Shown piece after piece: positions 10,637 through 19,588 of a DNA stretch of 64,000 nt; positions within the stretch are counted from its first letter, which is position 1, and every line of letters starts with the position of its first letter. Below the pieces are notes generated by a model, which ran no database searches, was not told the origin of the DNA, and was given only the letters and a program-made list of their open reading frames with translations. Origin of the DNA: Ignavibacteriota bacterium (GTDB taxonomy: Bacteria; Bacteroidota; Ignavibacteria; UBA10030; UBA6906); assembly GCA_963801355.1 (NCBI GenBank), contig CAWDEM010000008.1, positions 2,944,001 to 3,008,000 on the forward strand. The letters run 5' to 3'. The position numbers were made by a program, and so were the translations under genes.

Positions 10637-12154
10637 TTATCTTTGCAGCACCTCCCCCACCGGCACCACCTTCACATTCTCCTTCTTCACCGGCACGGCG
10701 AACACCGCGATTTCCTTGTCTTCCTTCAGCACTGATTCCGGCTTTTCCGTCTTGTAGGTAATCGGACTCGGCGTATCATTGACGAGCGCATCACGGAACG
10801 CCGCGCCGTCCTTCGTGACAACGGCGATCTGCATTGAGCCGTACTGCCAGTATTTCTTGATTGCCGCATTCACTTCTTCTCTCGTGATCTCCCCCATGAC
10901 CTTCCGGAACATTTCGAGGTGACTCCCGGCGATGCCGTAGAACCGGTCGTCAAGCGCGTACCCCAGCCGTTGCATGGTGGTCGGCGCATAGTGCAGCACG
11001 TAGTTCTTCAGAAAACTCCGCGTCAGCGCATAAGCGTCCTCGCTCAGCCCGTTATCTATCACATGCTTGAACTCCCGCAGCGCAGCACGCAAGGCAAAGT
11101 GCCCGGTTTCCAGCGGCACAGGACGGATCCAGATTTCAAAGAGTTGTTTTCTTCGGGCAACATTCTGCGGAGGCATCTGCCGCATTCCACCGCGCGGGAA
11201 ATTCTCGATGTATGAATAGTCCCCGTAGTTGAGTCCGCGTGCTTCCCGGATCACCTGATACAGATGTGAACTGGAATTGCGGTGCTCGCCCAGCCAGGAA
11301 TTCGCAACCGCCAGTGCATACCATTCGCGGGACCCGCGCAGCACGTTAATCGGAAATCCCATGCTGATGGCTGTCGCCGGTGCATCCTTGTCGACGATCG
11401 TGACATGGAATCCCTGCGTCGCGGACGGTTGCGGTACGGGAACAATGGGAGGTGCTCCGGCAGGCAGCGCCGAGAGATCACCGGCCAGGCGGTCGATGAG
11501 CTCCTGGTCGTATCCACCTCCGACACCGGGCACAACATTTTCCCGGGTGTAGTGCGTTTTGTAGAAGGCTTTCACATCATCCAGCGTAATGCTCTTGACT
11601 CCGTCCACCGTTCCGGTGACGATGTGGCCGTACGGCGTCCCGGCATAGACGGCATTGTAGAGCACGGCCTTCCCGAGCTCTTCGTCGCTGGCATACCGGA
11701 GCGTGGTCTCCAGCTCGTTCAGCGTCTGGCTCTTGATCCGGTCAAGATCTTCCTGCGTAAACGCCGGCGCAAGGATCGCATCCATGAGCAGCGGGTAATA
11801 TGCCGCAAGATTGTCCTTGTGAACCCGTCCGGTAATGACCGTCATCTCGGTTGATACCGAGGCGGCGTAGTCTGCCGCGAGCGGATAGAGAAGGTCAATG
11901 ATATGTGCATAGGTATTGCGCGTCGTGGAGGCGTCCGCAAGCATCTGGCCGGTAATCGCGGCGAGCCCCTCTTTCCCTTGCGGATCATTCTGTGATCCCA
12001 CCTTGAACCAGAGGCGGAACGAGACGGTCGGATCGTTTTTCACGGGAAGCAGAACAAACGTACTGGTATCCACGAATTCGCCTCCAATCATGACTGCCGG
12101 CATCAGGCCGGGCATGAGACCGAGTATCAGGCATACAGCGCACAGGATTTTCAT
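10637..12154 (-). CDS. M16B (pitrilysin/PqqL-like) peptidase, non-catalytic subunit
   Basis: GSQNDPQGKEGLAAIT lacks HXXEH; IREARGLNYG (R/Y motif); signal-peptide-like N-terminus; paired with an active subunit. Confidence 0.88.
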   Translation of the reverse strand: MKILCAVCLILGLMPGLMPAVMIGGEFVDTSTFVLLPVKNDPTVSFRLWFKVGSQNDPQGKEGLAAITGQMLADASTTRNTYAHIIDLLYPLAADYAASVSTEMTVITGRVHKDNLAAYYPLLMDAILAPAFTQEDLDRIKSQTLNELETTLRYASDEELGKAVLYNAVYAGTPYGHIVTGTVDGVKSITLDDVKAFYKTHYTRENVVPGVGGGYDQELIDRLAGDLSALPAGAPPIVPVPQPSATQGFHVTIVDKDAPATAISMGFPINVLRGSREWYALAVANSWLGEHRNSSSHLYQVIREARGLNYGDYSYIENFPRGGMRQMPPQNVARRKQLFEIWIRPVPLETGHFALRAALREFKHVIDNGLSEDAYALTRSFLKNYVLHYAPTTMQRLGYALDDRFYGIAGSHLEMFRKVMGEITREEVNAAIKKYWQYGSMQIAVVTKDGAAFRDALVNDTPSPITYKTEKPESVLKEDKEIAVFAVPVKKENVKVVPVGEVLQR

Positions 12155-13482
12155 TGGCGGGATCCTTTCAGCACGACGACCGTCCGCCGTTCGGGTACAA
12201 AGTACCGCTGTGCGGCGGCGCGGACATCTTCCGGCGTGACGGCGTCAAGCGCCGCGTACAATTTCTCCACGACCTCTATGCCGCCGGTGATGGCGGCAAA
12301 CCGTGCCAGCCCGCCCGCTACGCGGTCTGGTGTATCGAGGTTCATGAGAAACTGGTAGCGTTGCCGGCGTTTGAGATCACTCAGCCGCCGGGCATCCACA
12401 GGTGTGGACTGATACTGCCTCAACGTGGCGTAGATCGCTTCACGCACCGCATCCAGGTCCGCCTCGTTCTTGATGCGGGCAACGATGTCGAACAGCGGCA
12501 TATCGCGGTTCGCCGGAATGCCTGCGCCAAGGATGTCAACCTTCTGTTCCTGGATATACAGCTTCTTGTAGAGATCACTGGTCTCGCCAAAGGCCAGCTC
12601 GCCAAGGAGCAACGCTGCCACATACATGCGGTTGCCGGGATCGAAGGCGTCGCCTTTGTAGGCAATATTCAGTACCGGCAGCGTTTTCCCCGGATACGTG
12701 ACAACGGCCGACCGCTCGGCTGTCTGAGCGGGCTCGGTGCCGGGAATCGGCGGCACGTAGCCTTTTGCCCATCCTCCATAGTATTTCCGGACAAGGGCAA
12801 GTGTCGCCGGCACCGCAATATCACCCGCAATCAACAGGACCACGTTCTCCGGGCGGTAATACCGCTGATAGAAGGACTTGCTGTATGCGTATCCCTCCGG
12901 CATTCTCTTGATGTCCGCTTCAAAGCCCATGGTCGTGTGCTTGTAGGTATGCACGTCATAGGCCGCGTCCTGCACCTTCTCGTTCAGCAGGGCAAAGGGA
13001 TTGGTGACGCTCTTCCGGTACTCGCCGTACACGGCGCCCGCTTCCGTCTGAAATTCACGCTCGGCATACGAAAGGTTCTGAAAGCGGTCACTTTCCAGCT
13101 CGATCACCCGCTCGAGATCCTCCTTCGCAAAGTTCAAATGGTACGCCGTATAATCGTCCGTCGTGTACGCATTGGCATCTGCGCCGATACCTGTCATCAG
13201 GCTGTCATAGACGGGACCCGGATACTTCTTCGTTCCCCGGAACATCATATGTTCGAAGAAGTGCGCAAAGCCCGACTTGCCGGGTTCGTATTCGTCCCTG
13301 CTCCCCGTGCGGACCACGGAATAGTAGGCGACCAGTCCCGGGCTCTCCATCGGGATCACATACACCGTCAGCCCGTTTGGCAGTATCTCTTTTGTGTATG
13401 GATAGGGAAAGAAGGACTTTGCCATGGCAGCACTTCCTGTCAGGAGAAGAACAATGAAAAGGTAACAGACAACATGTTTCAT
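12151..13482 (-). CDS. M16B zinc peptidase, catalytic subunit
   Basis: LPNGL, GSRDE...GFAHFFEHMMFRGT (inverted HXXEH), NAYT; signal peptide from ATG at 13482. Confidence 0.92.
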   Translation of the reverse strand: MKHVVCYLFIVLLLTGSAAMAKSFFPYPYTKEILPNGLTVYVIPMESPGLVAYYSVVRTGSRDEYEPGKSGFAHFFEHMMFRGTKKYPGPVYDSLMTGIGADANAYTTDDYTAYHLNFAKEDLERVIELESDRFQNLSYAEREFQTEAGAVYGEYRKSVTNPFALLNEKVQDAAYDVHTYKHTTMGFEADIKRMPEGYAYSKSFYQRYYRPENVVLLIAGDIAVPATLALVRKYYGGWAKGYVPPIPGTEPAQTAERSAVVTYPGKTLPVLNIAYKGDAFDPGNRMYVAALLLGELAFGETSDLYKKLYIQEQKVDILGAGIPANRDMPLFDIVARIKNEADLDAVREAIYATLRQYQSTPVDARRLSDLKRRQRYQFLMNLDTPDRVAGGLARFAAITGGIEVVEKLYAALDAVTPEDVRAAAQRYFVPERRTVVVLKGSRQ

Positions 13483-13513
13483 ACGATCTCTCAGAGTGGT
13501 AGTTAACACGGAT

Positions 13514-15058
13514 TCAGTGGGAAGCGGGCATGCTGCCGTTCACCTGGATTTCCGTCAGAAGGGCTCTGTGTTCGAGTGCCCACCGGCCAAGGTCGACGAG
13601 CGTCGGACCGGTGACATTCACGCCATGGTGGGGTTCCACGTGCGCATCCCCGGCATACGGCAAACCGGCAACGATTGTTCCTGCAAACGCATCCACCTTC
13701 CCGCGCAGGGCGAGAATTGCCGCCTGCAATGTTGAACAGGAAACGGGCGGATTTGACTCTCCGTACACGACGTACCCCGGCGGCAGGGTCGCATGGTGAA
13801 GATAGCCGTGCCAGTGGGCCAGGGCCAGACCCGTGTGCGCGAGAGTTGTGGCGAACGGCGCATCGGGCTGCCGGCGCTGTTGCACGGCCGCCACCAGCGC
13901 ATTCCCTACTGCATGGGCAAGAATGGTGAGCGTGTCATACGAGGGTTTGCAGTCGGTCCCGGGCGTCACACCGCGGGGAGTGCTGAAGATGATCTTGCCC
14001 TGCGAAAGACCGAGCAGCACCAGGTCGCGGTGCGGATCGATGTTCGATTTGTCGCAGCCCGAACGCGTGATCAAAACACCCACATCGGGAACATGCACGT
14101 AGTACGCCGTCTCGCCCGCGTGTATGGCAATCCAGAAACCATCCCCGTCCGGAACCACCTCGGGGTTCTTCTTCAACATTTCAATGCCGAATTTCTGGAT
14201 GGCTTCATTCCCGGTCAACGTTGCGGCAGGCGGGGTGGCAAGCTGCCTGGCGAGAAAACCGTAGCTCATTCCCGAGCGGTTGTCCAGATACGCAGCGGCC
14301 AGGCGCCTGTAGTACTTGTTGCGGAATTCCAGATCTTCCAGCGAGGTGTGGAACAGCATCAATCCCGTATCATGCCAGAGTTTACCGCTTTCCTGAAAGT
14401 CGTTCACGTACGGCGCATAGCGCGCATCCTGAAGGTTCAATCCCCCTTCGCGCACATCAAAGTCGCTCGAGTGCGGCGGCACGACGGGCGCGGCGAGCTT
14501 GGGAATGAGTACGGTCGCAGTATCCTTCAGCATACTGCTCTGCGAACACCGGATCACGGCGCCGTTCATCGTGACCACCGTCCATGTCTCCTCGTCGACA
14601 TAGATGGTCATCTGTTCGATGTTCCAGGCCAGGCGCTTGACGATGCTGTTGAGTTTTTCCTGGGAGCGGGTTTCCGTCTCTGCGGGACATGGCCCTTCCA
14701 CAATTCCGACAATTGTCGCACGCCGCAAATTCGGCACATGATCGACCGGGAGGTCACCCGACTCAAGCGTTCCCTGGGAGATGACGACGATCCCCTCTTT
14801 GAGCTTGCCCGTTGCCGTGTCGGCCTGTGCCTGCGAGTAGCGCAAAATATGCGCTCCGTTCCGCTCCAGTGCCGCCCTCAACTGGTCGGCGAACCGCTGT
14901 ACCCGGGGAGACGATTGCCTGACCGGATAGAACGTTACACTCAGACTCTTTGCCATATCATGCGGGCGGAGGGGCACGGAGGATTTCATCCCGAGTATGG
15001 CCTGAATCGCCGTATCGTGAAGTGCCGGCCGCCGCTCCGATGTGCTCGGTAACTGCAC
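13514..15058 (-). CDS. Hypothetical protein with a divergent class II aldolase/adducin-like C-terminal domain
   Basis: Motifs in order: SYGFLAR, ITRSGCDK, KPSYD, AHWHGY, PPVSCST, EPHHGVNVTG. GTG start at 15058 after a GAGGAG RBS. Confidence 0.6.
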   Translation of the reverse strand: MQLPSTSERRPALHDTAIQAILGMKSSVPLRPHDMAKSLSVTFYPVRQSSPRVQRFADQLRAALERNGAHILRYSQAQADTATGKLKEGIVVISQGTLESGDLPVDHVPNLRRATIVGIVEGPCPAETETRSQEKLNSIVKRLAWNIEQMTIYVDEETWTVVTMNGAVIRCSQSSMLKDTATVLIPKLAAPVVPPHSSDFDVREGGLNLQDARYAPYVNDFQESGKLWHDTGLMLFHTSLEDLEFRNKYYRRLAAAYLDNRSGMSYGFLARQLATPPAATLTGNEAIQKFGIEMLKKNPEVVPDGDGFWIAIHAGETAYYVHVPDVGVLITRSGCDKSNIDPHRDLVLLGLSQGKIIFSTPRGVTPGTDCKPSYDTLTILAHAVGNALVAAVQQRRQPDAPFATTLAHTGLALAHWHGYLHHATLPPGYVVYGESNPPVSCSTLQAAILALRGKVDAFAGTIVAGLPYAGDAHVEPHHGVNVTGPTLVDLGRWALEHRALLTEIQVNGSMPASH

Positions 15059-15062
15059 TGTG

Positions 15063-15851
15063 TTATCTCTCCTCACCTTCGAGTTTCAAGAACCGGACGA
15101 GCATATCCCCCAGTCCGGGCCAGAGAGCGCTGAGAACGATCAGGGCTTTGGGGCCGGCAAAGGGAATCACCAGCTCGCGGCGGCGCGTGCGCACAGCCCG
15201 GAGAATTGCGCGACCCACGCGCGCACTGGAAATCTTGGGCGATGCAAGCGGCACATCAATCGTCTCAATCATGCGGGTGTCCACCCGTCCCGGCAATATG
15301 GTGGACGCATACACTCCCGTGCCGCGCAATTCCTGACGGAGCACATCCATAAGCCCCGTGGCGGCGAACTTCGACGCCACGTAGGCCCCGTCGGGGGGAA
15401 GACCCTTGCGCCCGTCCACAGAGGTCACCGCCACGATGTGCCCCGACCCCTGTGCGAGCATGAGGGGCAACACGGCACGGATGAGATGGACTGTCCCGTA
15501 GAAGTTGACGTCCATGCACCGTTCGAATGATGCGAGCGGGAGATCTTTCACCGCGCCACGGACGTAGACCCCCGCATTGCAGATCGCGATATCCACCCGC
15601 CCGAATCGCTCCAGCGTCTGATCCACAAGGTTTCTGACATCCGCCTCACGCGTCACATCTGCCGGAACAACCAGAACCTCGGCCCCGGTCGCATGCAACT
15701 CCGACTGCACCGCCGTAAGCTTTTCACGAGAGCGCGCAGCCAGCACGAGCCGCGCCCCCGAGGCGGCAAACACCTGCGCCGTCGCCCGGCCGATGCCGCT
15801 GGAGGCGCCGGTGATGATGGTGACGGCGTTGCTGATGCGGTCACGAGGCAT
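15063..15851 (-). CDS. Short-chain dehydrogenase/reductase
   Basis: TGASSGIG, CNAG, catalytic S and YVASK motifs. Confidence 0.93.
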   Translation of the reverse strand: MPRDRISNAVTIITGASSGIGRATAQVFAASGARLVLAARSREKLTAVQSELHATGAEVLVVPADVTREADVRNLVDQTLERFGRVDIAICNAGVYVRGAVKDLPLASFERCMDVNFYGTVHLIRAVLPLMLAQGSGHIVAVTSVDGRKGLPPDGAYVASKFAATGLMDVLRQELRGTGVYASTILPGRVDTRMIETIDVPLASPKISSARVGRAILRAVRTRRRELVIPFAGPKALIVLSALWPGLGDMLVRFLKLEGEER

Positions 15852-16314
15852 TCGGGGTCATGGCTCCTGGAAATCGAACCATTTCTACATGCTGAATTCC
15901 ATCCTCGTCATACGCATCGCCCGCAGGAACATAACCGAAACCGGCATAGAATCGTTCCAGATACTGCTGCGCGGAGATCCTGTTGGCCTGTCCGGGGTAC
16001 TCAAGGGCGGCTTTGCGGAGGCCTTCCTCCATGAGCAGCTTCCCGACGCCGCTCCCGCGCACAGACTGTGCCGTGACGACGCGGCCGATCGATGGTTCGG
16101 CAAACCGGAAGCCCGGCCGAACGATTCGGAGATAGGCTACCAGCACTCCGGCTTCATTATGGCCCGTCAGGTGGAGTGCATGCTCGTCCCTGCCGTCCGC
16201 ATCGAGATACGGACACCCCTGCTCCACAATGAATACCTCCTGGCGCAAACGCAGAAAGGCGTACATTTCGCGCGGATGGAGCGAGGAGAATTCATGCCAG
16301 GTCCAACGGATCAT
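15841..16314 (-). CDS. elaA: ElaA-family GNAT N-acetyltransferase
   Basis: LRLRQEVFIVEQGCPYLDADGRD, IGRVV...RGSGVG, ISAQQYLERFY, EDGIQHVEM; start trimmed to ATG at 16314. Confidence 0.88.
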   Translation of the reverse strand: MIRWTWHEFSSLHPREMYAFLRLRQEVFIVEQGCPYLDADGRDEHALHLTGHNEAGVLVAYLRIVRPGFRFAEPSIGRVVTAQSVRGSGVGKLLMEEGLRKAALEYPGQANRISAQQYLERFYAGFGYVPAGDAYDEDGIQHVEMVRFPGAMTPNAS

Positions 16315-16409
16315 GCGGATGCGTTCAGTAGGGAAAACCGGAAATGCCCTGATTATCAGTGATTCCGAATAAGTAGTGTACAAACTCAGCTTTTCAAAAG
16401 CAACGGACC

Positions 16410-16438
16410 TTGAATCTCAAACGAAGCGGAGGTATATT
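16410..16438 (+). promoter_or_regulatory. Sigma70-like promoter
   Basis: TTGAAT-17 nt-TATATT upstream of the metallophosphoesterase. Confidence 0.55.
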
Positions 16439-16475
16439 TGCCCTGCAGATCGTTTCATTCTCGTCCCGGAACTGA

Positions 16476-17807
16476 ATGCCAGCACCGACCACGGCACCTC
16501 ACCGTCTCCTTGTAATCTCTGACCTCCATCTGACGACCGGGTTGGATCCGGTGACGGGACAGTGGTCTCCCACCGAGGACTTCTTCTGGGATGCGGATTT
16601 TGCGGAATTCCTTGCGTACTACACCGATGGGAATCCGACGACGCTGATCATCAACGGCGACCTGGTGGATTTCCTGCAGGTCCTGAGTATTCCGAACCCC
16701 GAAGAACGCGTCGCATTCGATATCTCCCCCGATGAGCTGCACCCGAAGTATGGCCTCCGCGACACTGAACATGCCGCCGAGTTTCTGATGGTGAAAGTCC
16801 TGAATGGGCACGCCCGCTTCTTCGAGGCGCTCGCACTATTCGTCGGCAGGGGAAACGAGCTGGTGATCATCAAGGGAAACCATGACGTCCAGTTCTTCTG
16901 GCCCGGGGTGCAAAGACGTCTGGTTGACCGCCTGCAGCAGCTCTGCGTCCGGAACCGGCTCGCGTTTGATCCATCGCGCGTCCGGTTTGCGCCATGGTGC
17001 TACTGCATCCCCGGACTCATTTTCGTTGAACATGGAAATCAATACGAAGGGACGACGGCATTCAGGAATTTCTTGATGCCCATTCTTCCCTATGATCTTC
17101 CAAACGGGCGCCGGGAACTGGAGCTGGATCTCTCCGGCGTCCTCATCCGTTTCATGACAAACCGGGTTGAGCCGGTCAATCCGCTGGCTGACAATGTCCG
17201 GCCATTTTCCGGCATCTATCGGCTCCTCTTGAAGGAACACCCATGGGTAATTCTGGGGACATTCACGTCGGCGATGCGGGCGCTCTTCCGGGCAGGCCGG
17301 AAACGGCAGTTGTGGCGCGTGAGCAGCATCCGTCAGCGGTATGTCGAAATCCGGCGGCTTAACGACCTGGCGCGGGATGAAGAGGCACGCAGGTGTGCGC
17401 CCCATGACCCCGTCGCAGCGGCACGGCTGGTCGAGCTCTTCTCTGTAATCACCGGCCGGCTCCACCGGCGCCCCACGCTGGAACGCAGCATCTGGAGGTT
17501 CCTGAAAAGCCGCAAGGAAATGCTGCCCAACGTCTCACGTCTCCTCCGGCGCAGCGCACAGGCCCTGGCCGGGGTGCTGGAAACCGGGTTCATTATCTTC
17601 GGCCATGCCCACTATCCGGATGCACTCCTGCTCGGCAACGGCACACGGTACTTCAATTCCGGTTCGTGGATTCCTACTCTGCTGGAACCGGCACCCGGAT
17701 ACCCGATTGCATGGCAGTTCACGTTTTTCCTTCTGGAGGACGGAACAGGGACGCTGTTGCGCTGGGTCCCCGAGAGGCACCAGCCTGAACCTTTCACCGT
17801 TCAATAG
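16476..17807 (+). CDS. Calcineurin-like metallophosphoesterase
   Basis: SDLH, NGDLVD, GNHD, EHG, FGHAH and YFNSGSW motifs. Confidence 0.88.
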   Translation: MPAPTTAPHRLLVISDLHLTTGLDPVTGQWSPTEDFFWDADFAEFLAYYTDGNPTTLIINGDLVDFLQVLSIPNPEERVAFDISPDELHPKYGLRDTEHAAEFLMVKVLNGHARFFEALALFVGRGNELVIIKGNHDVQFFWPGVQRRLVDRLQQLCVRNRLAFDPSRVRFAPWCYCIPGLIFVEHGNQYEGTTAFRNFLMPILPYDLPNGRRELELDLSGVLIRFMTNRVEPVNPLADNVRPFSGIYRLLLKEHPWVILGTFTSAMRALFRAGRKRQLWRVSSIRQRYVEIRRLNDLARDEEARRCAPHDPVAAARLVELFSVITGRLHRRPTLERSIWRFLKSRKEMLPNVSRLLRRSAQALAGVLETGFIIFGHAHYPDALLLGNGTRYFNSGSWIPTLLEPAPGYPIAWQFTFFLLEDGTGTLLRWVPERHQPEPFTVQ

Positions 17808-17856
17808 AAGGCGGGATGCCCTCGACACTCTCGTGGGAAGTTGGTATATTACTGCG

Positions 17857-18504
17857 GTGAACACTCTGGACTTTCCGACTATTGCAAAAATGCTCCCTGG
17901 AATCGTGGCCGGATTGACGTGTCATGAATTCATGCACGGATATGTCGCCTACCGTTGCGGCGATCCGACCGCCCGCGATGACGGCCGGTTATCGCTCAAT
18001 CCGCTCCGCCACATTGACTGGATGGGGTTTCTGTTCATCGTGGTCGCAGGGTTCGGATGGGCCAAACCGGTCCGCTTCAACCGGGAGTACCTCCGGAATC
18101 CGCGTAGGGATGAGATACTGATTTCTCTTGCAGGACCGTTTGCCAACCTGGTGCTGGGTGTCCTGCTCTCGGTCTTCCTGCGACTGATGCTCCTGGTACG
18201 CCCGTTTGACGGGGACCCCCTGTATAGTGTTTTTCTGGATGTCCTGATCGTGGGTGCGTACGTGAACTACGGGCTATTCGTTTTTAACTTGCTTCCACTC
18301 CCCCCGCTGGATGGGTCACACGTCTTCTTTCAATCGCTGCGGTTGCGCGACGAGACCGTGAACAAGCTGTACCGGTACGGCATTTTCGTTCTCTTCGGCA
18401 TCCTGCTGCTCGAAAGCCAGGCCAACATCAGCATTCTTCCCGTGGGAGTCGCCGTCCGCTGGATCGCCAATACGGTCTTCTCGTTGCTCGGGTTTTCCCT
18501 GTGA
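17857..18504 (+). CDS. Site-2 protease family (M50) intramembrane metalloprotease
   Basis: HEFMH, GDPT...GRLSLNPLRH, GWAKPV, AGPFAN, FNLLPLPPLDG. Start placed at GTG 17857 (alternative ATG 17890). Confidence 0.92.
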   Translation: MNTLDFPTIAKMLPGIVAGLTCHEFMHGYVAYRCGDPTARDDGRLSLNPLRHIDWMGFLFIVVAGFGWAKPVRFNREYLRNPRRDEILISLAGPFANLVLGVLLSVFLRLMLLVRPFDGDPLYSVFLDVLIVGAYVNYGLFVFNLLPLPPLDGSHVFFQSLRLRDETVNKLYRYGIFVLFGILLLESQANISILPVGVAVRWIANTVFSLLGFSL

Positions 18505-19541
18505 GAAAGCATGACACACCTGCACACCGACCTCCGATGTCATCGATGAATCCTCACACATCCAATCCCGCCGGCGACGTATACAAGATCATGTTCGATC
18601 AGGCTCCCGATGCAATGTTCATCATCGACTCTGACGACACGGTGCGCGAAGTCAATGCAGCGGCATGTGCTCTCACGGGATTCACACTGCAGGAATTGGC
18701 CGGACTGCCGCTCGTCAACCTCTTCGCCGGAACTGCTGCTGCGAACGGTCCCGCACATGATCACCCGCCGGCGGAACGCCCAGCGGCGCACCGCGAACAA
18801 CAGCTCCGCAAAAAAGATGGCAGTGTCATCACCGTGGAGACCGGCATGTGCCAGCTTCCCGGCGGACAGCGATACGCAATCGTCCGTGATGTCACGGCGT
18901 TCAAAGCCGCCCAGCTCCGCCTCCTCGCGGCAATTGAGGAGAAAGAGACGCTGCTGAAGGAAGTCCATCACCGCGTCAAGAACAACCTGCAGATTGTCTC
19001 CAGCCTGCTGAATCTCCAGGCAAGCGAGATCAACGACGAGACCCTGTTCGAAATGTTCAAAGAGAGCCAGAACAGAATCCAGTCCCTCGCGTTGCTCCAC
19101 GAGAAACTCTATCAGACGCGGAACCTGGCACAGGTGGATTTCCTTGACTACCTGCAGAGCATGACGATGCAACTCGGGCGTTCATACGAGCGGGGCGGAG
19201 TGACCTGGCAGGTCGAGGGTGATCCCGTCATCCTCGGCGTCGATCAGGCGATCCCCTGCGGCCTGATCGTCAACGAGCTGGTGTCCAATGCCATGAAACA
19301 CGCGTTTGTGGGCCGGGAGCGGGGAACCCTCACGGTGGGCTTTCACAGTGTGCCGGATGGCAAAGTGGAGCTGCGCGTGCAGGATGACGGCATCGGATTT
19401 CCGGAAGGCGTCGATTTCCGCAACCTGGAATCCATGGGGATGGTCCTCGTCATGTCACTCGTCGAACAGATCGACGCCAGCATCACACTGGACCGCACGG
19501 GAGGATCTCTCTTCACCGTGCGATTCACCCCTCACCCGTAA
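18501..19541 (+). CDS. PAS-domain sensor histidine kinase (HisKA_2 type)
   Basis: N-terminal PAS (VNAAAC...GFT...EL), EVHHRVKNNLQ H-box, NELVSNAMKHAF N-box, DDGIG G1 box. Confidence 0.92.
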   Translation: MRKHDTPAHRPPMSSMNPHTSNPAGDVYKIMFDQAPDAMFIIDSDDTVREVNAAACALTGFTLQELAGLPLVNLFAGTAAANGPAHDHPPAERPAAHREQQLRKKDGSVITVETGMCQLPGGQRYAIVRDVTAFKAAQLRLLAAIEEKETLLKEVHHRVKNNLQIVSSLLNLQASEINDETLFEMFKESQNRIQSLALLHEKLYQTRNLAQVDFLDYLQSMTMQLGRSYERGGVTWQVEGDPVILGVDQAIPCGLIVNELVSNAMKHAFVGRERGTLTVGFHSVPDGKVELRVQDDGIGFPEGVDFRNLESMGMVLVMSLVEQIDASITLDRTGGSLFTVRFTPHP

Positions 19542-19588
19542 ACCACCTCACTCGAAGACCACCTCACCCGTAGACCACCTCACCGTCG
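19525..19588. repeat. Four imperfect 16-bp tandem repeats spanning two convergent stop codons
   Basis: tcacccctcacccgta / aaccacctcactcgaa / gaccacctcacccgta / gaccacctcaccgtcg. Confidence 0.75.
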
